In this document: piece by piece, positions 18,101 through 24,208 of the stretch | How positions within the stretch are numbered: position 1 is the stretch's first letter | How the letters are laid out: every line of letters begins with the position of its first letter | Source of the DNA: Acidobacteriota bacterium | GTDB taxonomy: Bacteria; Acidobacteriota; UBA6911; RPQK01; JAJDTT01 | Direction of reading: 5' to 3' | Assembly (NCBI GenBank): GCA_965231825.1 | Contig: OZ246889.1 | Coordinates: 4,697,859 to 4,761,858 of the forward strand | Length of the DNA: 64,000 nt | Position numbers and translations under genes: made by a program | Notes under the pieces: generated by a model | The model's database searches: none | What the model was told of the DNA's origin: nothing | The model's input: only the letters and a program-made list of their open reading frames with translations

Positions 18101-19624
18101 ATGAATCAAGGAGTGATTCCGAAACATCTCCACTTCCGGGACCCGACCCCGCATCTGGACTGGGACCGGCTCCCGGTACGAGTGACCTCCGACGCAACGG
18201 ATTGGCCGCATCATGCCGGGCGTCCGCCGCGTGCGGGAGTGAGTTCGTTCGGCCTGTCGGGAACCAACGCACACGTCGTGGTGGAGGCTTGCGGGATACC
18301 GGACGGCGCCTCCTCCACACTCGATGAAGCGCGAAGGCCCGTGGGATCCGCTCGATCCGTCACCGTATCTCAGCCGGCGTCCGGCCTGTCTCCGTCAACA
18401 GTCGATTTGGCTCCTCGCGCGAAACGGATCCTGCCCCTCTCCGGCAGGTCGGACCAGGCGCTCCGGGACTTGGCGCAGCGGTACCTCTCCTGGCTTGACG
18501 AGCGCGCCGGAGATCTTTCGTCCGAATCTGGTGCGCCGGATTCGGTTTTGTCGGATATGGCCTGGACGGCGGGCGTCGGAAGGAGTCATTTCGAGCATCG
18601 GTCCGGTGTCGTTTTCCAGGATGCAGGTTCTTTGCGAGACCGGTTGAACGCGCTCGCAGCGACCGGCGGCGAGACGGAACCACCCACGGCACCGAAGACG
18701 GCCTTCGCATATGCCGGAACGGGCAGCCAATGGGCCGGAATGGGACGGACGCTGTACGAGAGCGAGCCGATCGTCCGCACCGTGCTGGATCGGTGCGACT
18801 CTGCTCTCAAGGAGGCGAGAGGAGGAGACTCGTTACTGAGCGTTCTGTTCGGCCAACCGGGCGCCGGCGGTGTCCTGGACGATCCCGAATGGGCGCAACC
18901 GGCGATCTACGCGTTGGAATGCGCGCTCACCGCGCTGTGGTCCAGCGTCGGGATCCAACCGAGCGTCGTCGCCGGCCATGGTATCGGCGAGTTGGCCGCG
19001 GCCCAGACCGCTGCGGTCTTCAGCCTTGAAGCGGGCTTGCAGTTGGCGGCGGCGCGGGGGGCGGTGACGGCGGACCTCCTGCGAGTGGGGCCGGCGACGC
19101 CTACGGTGGACGGTTTGGATGCGGCAATACGAAGAATCCAGTTCGCTCCGCCGTCTCTCGTCCTGGTCAGCGGTGTGACCGGCGATATCTTGGATCCGGA
19201 TGACGCGCAAGACGGTGAATACTGGCGCCGCCAGGCACACGAAACGGCGGGTTTCGGCAGAAGCGTCCGGTCGCTGGCGAGCCTCGAAGTTGATTTGGTG
19301 GCGGAGATCGGCCCCGATGCCGTACTGGGTTCGATGCTGCCCCGGTCTTGGCCCGGACAGACCGGTGGCGCCGGGTCGACCTTCGCACCACCGGCCGTGC
19401 TTCAGAGTCTACAGCGCCCGTCCTCGAAGGAGCCGGCAGCGGATTGCGGCGGGGGTTTCGTGAATGCGGTGGCAGGAGCGTACGAAGCGGGTCTCCCGGT
19501 TTCCTTCGCCGGGCTGTTCGCTGGGGAAATCCGGCACCGGATTTCCATACCGGATTACCCGTTCCAGCGACGACGTCACTGGTTCAGAACTCCGGAACCG
19601 GCTTCATCCGGCTCAGGAATTTGA
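9179..19624 (+). CDS. type I polyketide synthase, 3481 aa. Domain order KS1-AT1-DH-cMT-psiKR-ER-KR-ACP-KS2-AT2(degenerate). No TE domain.
   Basis: KS1 ~9266-10544: DTACSSS, EAHGTGT, NLGHLE. AT1 ~10979-11850: GHSLGE, AYHS. DH ~12100-12950: HxxxGxxxxP as DHRVFGRLVVP, and DGCFQ. cMT ~13480-14230: LEVGAGTGSAT. psiKR ~14230-14880. ER ~14900-15850: LIHAGAGGVGLAAIQ. KR ~15895-16440: TGGLGGIG, but NHAAAN replaces NYAAAN. ACP ~16740-16960: LGMDSL. KS2 ~17025-18290: DVGCSSS, EAHGGGS, NIGHLE. AT2 ~18690-19560: GHGIGE, ~70 aa shorter than AT1. A ~10.4-kb continuous ORF. Confidence 0.9.
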   Translation: MMVHDGVFGSSAKPSTERGAENRADMSPGEPIAIVGMACRFPGAENLSAFWRLLEAGRHAVTEGDPGSGKGRVGQLFSDSAVQSVACRYGAYLDGLDQFDAPFFRISPVEAQLLDPQQRLMLETSWQALEDAGIDPDRLKGSRTGVYAGISNNEYRGMILDASETSEPAASLYSVTGTSFNTAIGRVAFVLGLEGPAIALDTACSSSLVAMHQAVSGLERGEADLALAGGVHAILSGRLLEMRANAGMLSPDGRCATFDAAANGYVRGEGCGIVVLKRLSEAEADGDRIWGVIRGASVNQDGASPGLTVPNEASQERVMVDALLRAGVRPVDVDYVEAHGTGTVVGDPIELRSTGAAYGEGRSADCPLLIGSVKTNLGHLEAAAGVAALIKVVLSMRHRRIPRHLHFKDPTPEVDWDRLPLRVPATAMDWPHHSGRPPRAGMSGFGWSGTNAHVVVEGYEATDGAAADSDRSRRPAGSPQLIAVSLPEQTPEPVWAEPEMTRRSTRILPLSGRSEGALRESAERYLNWLDGHALELGSGAAAGDPLLSDMAWTAAVGRSHFSHRAGVLFRDAGSLRGRLREVVESEDGLGTAPAPESVTKMAFVYTGQASQWVGMGAQLYRSEPVVRAVLDRCEDVFQEARGLSLLDAMFGRGETAGDLDDPAWTQPAIYALECALTALWSSAGVRPGVVLGHSLGELAAAQAAGVFSLEDGLRFAAARGVLMGNLPGDGAMGAIFAPASHVAAAVEEMNASSDGPGLSVAADNGAHQAVSGPATDVESILERFEGEEVRVRRLRRSPAYHSPLVDPVLDDLEAALSGVSVAPPSLTFVSTLTGRAVDPATALDGAYWRRQTREPVAFRRAVATLAELGIEAVVEIGPHAVLGPMLTLAWPESADPAQVPPVVSSLRRPGSQVSKEEAEDAFAAAVARAYEAGLPISFPGLFAGESRRRISLPGYPFQHESHWIRAPNRRRPSAGHPLLGARHESASGEISFETELFPSDPAWLNDHRVFGRLVVPGALYGAMAVAASASEDTGLQALEDMQLRNPLILPEEEAEERIGEEGRKLQVLLDPPGDDPSRRVRILSRGGGGGWTLHAEGLFSPGSRRPGSEPSLDLENLRSDLPAQDVAAFYRSKAGLGIDLGPQFRTLEAVWSGAGEALGEVAIRNPENEIRSDLHPLLLDGCFQVMSAAAGTAGNEGGVTYLPFAWERLWLTEQVPDRVVCHARMREAPPDRAAASETTEPPEVLTGDLRIYDPSGVLLGGLEGYTVKRATRAALLSAVEGLNELLYEIVWRDSTLAPGMPAADFLPSPAAVAAPPSGLFSDYLAAQGVGREDRNSLLDDLERLSWAYAIKTLDQLGWERQAGADVDSEDLRRRLRVLGDHKRLFRRLLEMLAKAGILVEAGDGFTVVVGSGDPLPEGMANPEEVAARLADLYPHGSNEIGLFRRSAGALPEVLRGGADPLTLLFSSGEPTAADLYLKAPVARAANRMLGDAVRALVASLPPERRLRVLEVGAGTGSATASVLPELPAGRFDYTYTDISAGFFAEAEGRFGEADGALEYRVLDIEKDPVAQGYESHGYDLLIASNVLHATRYLQETLKHCRDLLAPSGQLLALENLRGQGWLDLTFGQLDGWWRFADSYRPHHALASPAIWRQALGDAGFPEVAVLGVDESETAGQPDRGVIMAQGPAEVDEPAGAWILAADEDNVAAELAAELAARNQRVVLAHRQAPENGDGAEDGAGTVRTAVEMERRESWRSLVNDLPDDVPFAGVVHLAALDGHGPEATSAEMAVDARRATETALALVQGVADSDVVPEKGVWLVTRGGQVLERERHGELAGALLWGFGKVVAREAQHLQPRMIDLDPDAAGFLSPLADELLHPDTETHIAYRGGFRRAARLVRSEEGAERLTLPEGTQWLLEPDPRGALERMHVQPMPVRPLDPRDVRVAVEATGLNFWDVFRSIGFIEEGLLGGEMCGHILEVGSDVSTVAVGDRVVGLAFGTFGPEVVTREEMVAPAPAGMSVTALATLPTVFVSAALSYELAALKAGDRVLIHAGAGGVGLAAIQLAHAAGAEVYTTASAKKRAHLRSLGVKHVFDSRQTAFGQEILDATSGAGVDVVLNSLTGEGFIDASLSCLAQGGRFVELARRGILSEEEMAALRPDVDYFILELDTLKEHDPAWPGASLHGVMEQLASGEVTPLIHSRWPLSEARAAMRFMRAARHLGKIVFTTSPLTRGRLREDRTYLVTGGLGGIGCALAEWLADHGAGAIVLNGRRSPDEAAEKVIRALGNRGATVRVELADVTDAAAVEEMLGRMDQDLPPLGGVIHSVGVLSDQSLGNQSWDRFEQVLWPKVLGAWHLHRTTMHQDLDLFVLFSSVAGVLGNPGQANHAAANAFLDQLAGHRRALGLPGQTIAWGAWSGLGEAEEQRERISRQLAVSGTGWISPQQGLRAFERLVRDDATTAMVAAVDWPVYGEAVEGRPSLLEDLLSHVSETGAESPAWSDDLSSRLREAPPGLHEELLVSFLQQEVQAVLRLPSAPAPTVAFFDLGMDSLMAVELRNRLNRAFSGEYTAPNTIVFDYPDIAGLASHLAGELGGVDAEAATQAQPEPESRPSATIDDDGIAIVGMACRFPGAPNLAAFWRLLQAGADAVTEGRQDSGSWRGVAGDPESSDPGVRRGGFVEEIDRFDSRFFRIAPIEARMMDPRQRMLLETTWHAIEDAGVDPDGLKGSRTGVYVGIGNGDYRDLAMASGETHGYLGTSMSIAAGRIAFALGLTGPAVPLDVGCSSSLVAAHQAAFALRQNEVDMALVGGVNAILSPEVTRFMREAGMLSASGRCRTFDSAADGYVRGEGCGMVVLKRLSDATADGDRIWGVIRGSAVNQNGPSAGLIIPNGPAQERVIEEALTRAGIPPAGVDYLEAHGGGSNLGDPIEVLAAAAVFGRGREAEHPLLMGSVKTNIGHLECAAGIASLIKVVLAMNQGVIPKHLHFRDPTPHLDWDRLPVRVTSDATDWPHHAGRPPRAGVSSFGLSGTNAHVVVEACGIPDGASSTLDEARRPVGSARSVTVSQPASGLSPSTVDLAPRAKRILPLSGRSDQALRDLAQRYLSWLDERAGDLSSESGAPDSVLSDMAWTAGVGRSHFEHRSGVVFQDAGSLRDRLNALAATGGETEPPTAPKTAFAYAGTGSQWAGMGRTLYESEPIVRTVLDRCDSALKEARGGDSLLSVLFGQPGAGGVLDDPEWAQPAIYALECALTALWSSVGIQPSVVAGHGIGELAAAQTAAVFSLEAGLQLAAARGAVTADLLRVGPATPTVDGLDAAIRRIQFAPPSLVLVSGVTGDILDPDDAQDGEYWRRQAHETAGFGRSVRSLASLEVDLVAEIGPDAVLGSMLPRSWPGQTGGAGSTFAPPAVLQSLQRPSSKEPAADCGGGFVNAVAGAYEAGLPVSFAGLFAGEIRHRISIPDYPFQRRRHWFRTPEPASSGSGI
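16337..16339 (+). other. KR active-site position: His codon (cac) where the catalytic Tyr of the NYAAAN motif is expected
   Basis: gcg aat cac gcg gcg gcc aat encodes A-N-H-A-A-A-N. The canonical reductive KR motif is N-Y-A-A-A-N. Tyr to His needs a single T-to-C transition. Confidence 0.6.
18980..18982 (+). other. AT2 nucleophile position: Gly codon (ggt) in GHGIG where GHSxG Ser is expected
   Basis: ggc cat ggt atc ggc gag encodes G-H-G-I-G-E, versus AT1 ggc cac agc ctg gga gag encoding G-H-S-L-G-E. AT2 also lacks ~70 aa corresponding to the small subdomain that carries AYHS in AT1. Confidence 0.6.
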
Positions 19625-19923
19625 CGCGCTCTCCGAGGCGGGGGATCGCTGCAGCGACCAGGGTGGACATGTTCCCAAGCAAAGACGAACCTGTGCACTT
19701 GATTGACGTGAAGAGATGAGCTTGCTACCCTTCTTCCCGTTTCAACCCTCCAAATCTTACGAAAGGATCAGCAACCATGGCTTCGACCGAGGAGCGGATC
19801 AGAGAACTCGTTGATGAGAACCTTGAAGTGGACGGTCGTCCGTTAGGCAAACCACTGGATCTGAACACGAACCTGATCGAGGCCGGAGTTTCCTCCATGG
19901 ATGCCGTTGCGTTCATGCAGGTG
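19439..19923. repeat. tandem direct repeat copy 1 (485 bp), covering the PKS 3' end, the intergenic region and the 5' part of the ACP gene
   Basis: Base-for-base identical to 19924-20408 on manual comparison. The ORF-track peptides 19464..19706 and 19949..20191 are identical, as are 19929..20204 and the tail of 19348..19719. Confidence 0.85.
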
Positions 19924-20109
19924 GCGGATTGCGGCGGGGGTTTCGTGAATGCGGTGGCAGGAGCGTACGAAGCGGGTCTCCCGGTTTCCTTCGCCGGGCT
20001 GTTCGCTGGGGAAATCCGGCACCGGATTTCCATACCGGATTACCCGTTCCAGCGACGACGTCACTGGTTCAGAACTCCGGAACCGGCTTCATCCGGCTCA
20101 GGAATTTGA
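19777..20109 (+). pseudogene. chimeric ORF created by the tandem duplication: ACP N-terminus (49 aa) fused to the post-AT linker tail of the PKS
   Basis: MASTEERIRELV...GVSSMDAVAFMQV followed by ADCGGGFVNAVAGAYEAGLPVSFAGLFAGEIRHRISIPDYPFQRRRHWFRTPEPASSGSGI, which is identical to the PKS C-terminus. Confidence 0.5.
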
Positions 20110-20408
20110 CGCGCTCTCCGAGGCGGGGGATCGCTGCAGCGACCAGGGTGGACATGTTCCCAAGCAAAGACGAACCTGTGCACTTGATTGACGTGAAGAG
20201 ATGAGCTTGCTACCCTTCTTCCCGTTTCAACCCTCCAAATCTTACGAAAGGATCAGCAACCATGGCTTCGACCGAGGAGCGGATCAGAGAACTCGTTGAT
20301 GAGAACCTTGAAGTGGACGGTCGTCCGTTAGGCAAACCACTGGATCTGAACACGAACCTGATCGAGGCCGGAGTTTCCTCCATGGATGCCGTTGCGTTCA
20401 TGCAGGTG
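19924..20408. repeat. tandem direct repeat copy 2 (485 bp)
   Basis: Identical to 19439-19923. The junction at 19923/19924 fuses ACP codons 1-49 in frame to the PKS C-terminal tail. Confidence 0.85.
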
Positions 20409-20507
20409 GTGGCCAAGGAGTTCAACGTCACGATTCCGCCGGAAGAATGCGCGAAGATTCGATCCGTCGGGATGTTGATCGAGTATCTCGATACCCACGC
20501 CGGCTGA
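20262..20507 (+). CDS. discrete acyl carrier protein (81 aa)
   Basis: LIEAGVSSMDAVAFMQVVAKEF is a phosphopantetheine-attachment Ser motif in helix-II context. Size is typical of a stand-alone ACP. A good RBS-like aaaggatcagcaacc sits before the ATG. Confidence 0.8.
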   Translation: MASTEERIRELVDENLEVDGRPLGKPLDLNTNLIEAGVSSMDAVAFMQVVAKEFNVTIPPEECAKIRSVGMLIEYLDTHAG

Positions 20508-20855
20508 ACGTTCCTAAATCCCAAAGTGGTCTGCTGCTGAGGCAACGGCCACTGACGTTGTGTCACTCCGCGGGGACATTGCCGGTAGTTTAGCTTCCCA
20601 CTTCAGCTGGTTCGGTGAAACGGGTCCGACCTTTAATTTCCCTTTCCGTACGAAAGTGTTGGTGCCGTCCATTCAGGAAAACCTTTTGCCTTACGACGGT
20701 CCCCAGTTTCAATAGCCAGAACCGATTCCGGTGGCATACCCGGATCGTGACTTCGACCGCAGGGTCCGAAATCAAGGGCAAATGATGAACCTGATGGCTT
20801 CTCGACGGGGGCCGCATTATCCGTCCGACGGTAACATGACGGAGAAACCAGCGGC

Positions 20856-21755
20856 TTGATGAACACGTGGAAAGTCCCCGAACCGCTTTCAACCCACGAC
20901 GTCCGCGTGGATGATGACACCGTCATCACGCTGAGACGCCACGGAAATCCGGCGGGACCGCGACTCGTTCTGTGCCACGGCAACGGTCTGGCCATCGATC
21001 TTTACTACCCTTTCTGGTCGCTCCTGACCGACGAATTCGATCTGGTCGTCTACGATCTCAGAAACCACGGCTGGAATTCCTCCGGATCTCTTCGAGAGCA
21101 GAACATTCCGACGCTGATTCGTGATCATGACCGTCTTGTCGACGCGATCGATCGACGCTACGGGAAGAAGCCGAAAATAGGCGTATTTCATTCCGTCTCG
21201 GCGCTGATCACGCTGCTGTCACCGACTCTGGGAAGCGGATTCTCGGCCCGCGTCCTGTTTGATCCACCCTTGTGCAAGCCGGATGACGGCTATGCGGAAT
21301 TCGAACGGGCATCGACGCGGGTGGCCGCCATGACCCGGCGCCGTACGGACCGGTTTGAGACCAGGGAGGCGTTGGCCGGTTTTCTTCCCTATTTGCCGGC
21401 CTTCCAACGCGTTGTGCCCGGTGTTTGCGATCTCGTAGCGAGGACGACGCTTCGCGAATCTGAAGATGGCGACGGTTATGTGCTTCGATGTCCACCCGAA
21501 TGCGAAGCGCAACTCGTCGATTACGCGAGAGCATTTGCCGTCCTGGTGGACTTTGAGACGCTTCTCTGCCCGACCAAGGTTATCGGGGCCGATCCGACCC
21601 TGCCCTACTCGTATCTGCCCACGATGAACCTGAGCAATATTCTCACCGTCGACTACGATTTTGTTCCCGAAGCGACACATCTTCTTCAACTCGAACAACC
21701 GGAGGAGTGTGTCGCGGCCATGCGTGAATTCATCGATCCCATCGTCCACACTTGA
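20856..21755 (+). CDS. alpha/beta-fold hydrolase, candidate chain-release or editing thioesterase-like enzyme for the PKS
   Basis: LVLCHGNGLAIDLYYPFW (HG oxyanion region), nucleophile elbow IGVFHSVSAL (Ser retained, flanking Gly replaced), and a downstream Asp/His-containing C-terminal half. 299 aa. Confidence 0.7.
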   Translation: MMNTWKVPEPLSTHDVRVDDDTVITLRRHGNPAGPRLVLCHGNGLAIDLYYPFWSLLTDEFDLVVYDLRNHGWNSSGSLREQNIPTLIRDHDRLVDAIDRRYGKKPKIGVFHSVSALITLLSPTLGSGFSARVLFDPPLCKPDDGYAEFERASTRVAAMTRRRTDRFETREALAGFLPYLPAFQRVVPGVCDLVARTTLRESEDGDGYVLRCPPECEAQLVDYARAFAVLVDFETLLCPTKVIGADPTLPYSYLPTMNLSNILTVDYDFVPEATHLLQLEQPEECVAAMREFIDPIVHT

Positions 21756-21948
21756 TCCGAATGGCCACCCGCGAGCGGGAGCCGGAAAGTCTCAATGCGC
21801 CTTTGGAGCCTGCATACCAAGTATCTTGATGCGCGAGGAACCCGCGTCCTTGAATCGGCCGGGTAACGATCTTATGTTAGGGGCTGACGTCCACCCGTCG
21901 TGAATCGCGACCCTAGCGGGATTCCGACGGAAGAGGGAGAAAGCGGCT

Positions 21949-23067
21949 TTGTCCAAGAGAGACTATTACGAAGTTCTCGGCGTGGATCGTAAGGCCACGC
22001 AGCAGGACCTGAAGGCGGCGTACCGGAAGCTCGCCATCAAGTTCCACCCGGACAAGAATCCGGGAGACAAACAGGCCGAAGAGCGTTTCAAAGAGGCCGC
22101 CGAAGCCTACAGCGTTCTAGTCGACCCTCAAAAGCGCGCCCAATACGATCGTTTTGGCCACGCTGGGGTCAGCGGCGCCGGCGCCGGGGGTGGTGGATTC
22201 AGCGGCGATCCCTTCGCCGATTTCAGCGATGTCCTGGGCGATCTCTTCGGTTTCGGCGATCTCTTCGGAGGCGGACGCTCCGGCCGCGGGACACGGTCCC
22301 GCCGCGGCGCCGACCTGAGGTACGATTTCCGAATCTCGTTCGAAGACGCCGTCTTCGGAGCCACGACCAAGATCAAGATCCCCAGACAGGAAACTTGCGA
22401 TTCCTGCAATGGGTCCGGGGCCGATCCCGGGACCGGCCCCATCACCTGCCCCGCCTGTCAGGGTCAGGGCCAGCAGCGCTACCAGCAGGGCTTCTTTACC
22501 ATCAGCCGCACCTGTTCCCATTGCCAGGGCTCGGGACGGATCGTCAAGAACCGGTGCCGCCGGTGCCAGGGGGCGGGCCGGGTTCAGCGGGAAAAAGTCC
22601 TGGAGATCAAGATTCCGCCCGGCGTCGACCAAGGGTCGAAACTGCGCATCGTCGGCGAAGGAGAGGCCGGCCCCAACAAGGGGCCTTCGGGAGACCTCTA
22701 CGTGGTCCTTTCCGTCGAGGAACACCCCTTCTTCCGCCGTGATCAAAACGACCTTCACTGCGAGCTTCCGGTGAGTTTCGTGCAGGCCGCGCTGGGGACC
22801 GAACTGGTGGTCCCGACACTGGAGGGGACGGAAAAGTTGCGGCTGCCGGAAGGAACTCAGCCCGGTACGGTATTCCGCCTCAGAGGCCGGGGAGTCGTGA
22901 GTCCCCGGGGACACGGCCGGGGAGATCAGTTCGTCAAGGTGAAGGTCACCTTTCCCAAGCGGCTGAGCCGCGAACAACGGGAGTTGCTGCTCCAGCTGGA
23001 AACTCTTGAGGAGTCGAACCCGGACAACGAGGGCTTCTTCGGCAAGGTCAAGGAAGTATTCGGATAA
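21949..23067 (+). CDS. dnaJ: molecular chaperone DnaJ
   Basis: J-domain YYEVLGV...HPDKN, G/F-rich region and four CxxCxGxG zinc-finger repeats. 372 aa. Confidence 0.92.
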   Translation: MSKRDYYEVLGVDRKATQQDLKAAYRKLAIKFHPDKNPGDKQAEERFKEAAEAYSVLVDPQKRAQYDRFGHAGVSGAGAGGGGFSGDPFADFSDVLGDLFGFGDLFGGGRSGRGTRSRRGADLRYDFRISFEDAVFGATTKIKIPRQETCDSCNGSGADPGTGPITCPACQGQGQQRYQQGFFTISRTCSHCQGSGRIVKNRCRRCQGAGRVQREKVLEIKIPPGVDQGSKLRIVGEGEAGPNKGPSGDLYVVLSVEEHPFFRRDQNDLHCELPVSFVQAALGTELVVPTLEGTEKLRLPEGTQPGTVFRLRGRGVVSPRGHGRGDQFVKVKVTFPKRLSREQRELLLQLETLEESNPDNEGFFGKVKEVFG

Positions 23068-23149
23068 GGGCCCGGCGCTCATCCATCGCCTGCAAACCCA
23101 GATCAGGCATCGGTTGACTCGCCTCGGAGGCGTCCATACACTCCCTCGG

Positions 23150-24019
23150 ATGAAGCGGATCGCGATCCTGCCGGCTTTCGTCCTTCTCTCCGGATCCCTG
23201 TTGGCTCAGCAGCGTCCGCTGATCACCGAACCCGCCAGCACCGTTCCCGAAGGAATGACCCGCTTCGGTTTCGGTTTCGAGTACCTCCAAGACGCCACTT
23301 TCCGGCTCTCCGGACTGAAGGGAAACCTCACCCGCGCCGGCATCTGCGATCTGCGCTTTGGCGTCGGACCCAGAGCCGAGCTCCAGATGGGCTGGACCAT
23401 GCAGGATTTTCTCCACATATCCGAGAGGTTCCCGGCTCCCCACACGGAAAGACTCGCGTTCTCGGGCAATTCGACCAGCGACTACGGAGACCTCTTTGTC
23501 GGCTCCAAGGTCCGTTTCCTGGATGAGAAGAACGGTCGGCCGGCAATGGGCCTGCACTTCCTGGCCCAGATTCCCATCGCTTCGAACGAAACCGGCATCG
23601 GAAATGACGTCACGAACATCTTCTCTGCCCTCGTATTGGAGCGGCACTTCGGCCGTCTGAAGAGCTTCATCAATATGGGTCTGGCCCTCCTGGGAGATCC
23701 CTTGGATGCGGCCGCGCAGGATGACCTGGTTTTGTACGGGATCGGGATGGCCTACCCGGTCACTTCCAAGATAAACCTGGTCGGCGATTTCTACGGAAGG
23801 GCCGGTTCCGGCCGTCACACGGGAATCCCGGTGTCACCCGACATCATTGCCAGTCGATCAGGCATCGGGACCGAGCAACAGAAGAGGCTGCGAGTGGCCC
23901 TGCAGATTCGGGTTGGAGGGCTCTATTTGGATGTGGGGGCCTTTGCCGGGTTGCGAGACACGGACCCCTCGTCCGGCGTGGTCTTCGGACTGTCGAAAGA
24001 TTTCAAGTCCCCGTTCTAG
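23150..24019 (+). CDS. hypothetical secreted/outer-membrane protein (signal peptide MKRIAILPAFVLLSGSLLAQ)
   Basis: Start chosen at the internal ATG 23150, which precedes a signal peptide. The C-terminus ends in F (barrel-like). No family recognised. Confidence 0.5.
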   Translation: MKRIAILPAFVLLSGSLLAQQRPLITEPASTVPEGMTRFGFGFEYLQDATFRLSGLKGNLTRAGICDLRFGVGPRAELQMGWTMQDFLHISERFPAPHTERLAFSGNSTSDYGDLFVGSKVRFLDEKNGRPAMGLHFLAQIPIASNETGIGNDVTNIFSALVLERHFGRLKSFINMGLALLGDPLDAAAQDDLVLYGIGMAYPVTSKINLVGDFYGRAGSGRHTGIPVSPDIIASRSGIGTEQQKRLRVALQIRVGGLYLDVGAFAGLRDTDPSSGVVFGLSKDFKSPF

Positions 24020-24178
24020 GAGTCTGCGCCGTAGGAATGATCGTAGCGAGGAAGTGGGGAATCGAGGCCAGATTGACTCGATTTTGAGGTGCATAGTCGT
24101 TCTATTCGCCGAGAAATCGAGGAAATATGGACCGATTCACCGCTTTCGCAGTAGATCAATTTCTGTGGCGCAGGCTCC
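24019..24178. mobile_element. MITE-like 160-bp element, copy A, with ~20-bp terminal inverted repeats
   Basis: ggagtctgcgccgtaggaat...atttctgtggcgcaggctcc. ~95% identical to 40814-40973. Lies between the convergent OMP gene and nrdJ. Confidence 0.7.
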
Positions 24179-24208
24179 TGGCCCGCAAATCTCACCGCGT
24201 CGCCGAAC

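Noticed and set aside
19439-20408. Tandem repeat as a possible CRISPR array or satellite
   Set aside because: Only two copies of a 485-bp unit, carrying coding sequence and no spacer structure. It is a segmental tandem duplication, not a CRISPR array.
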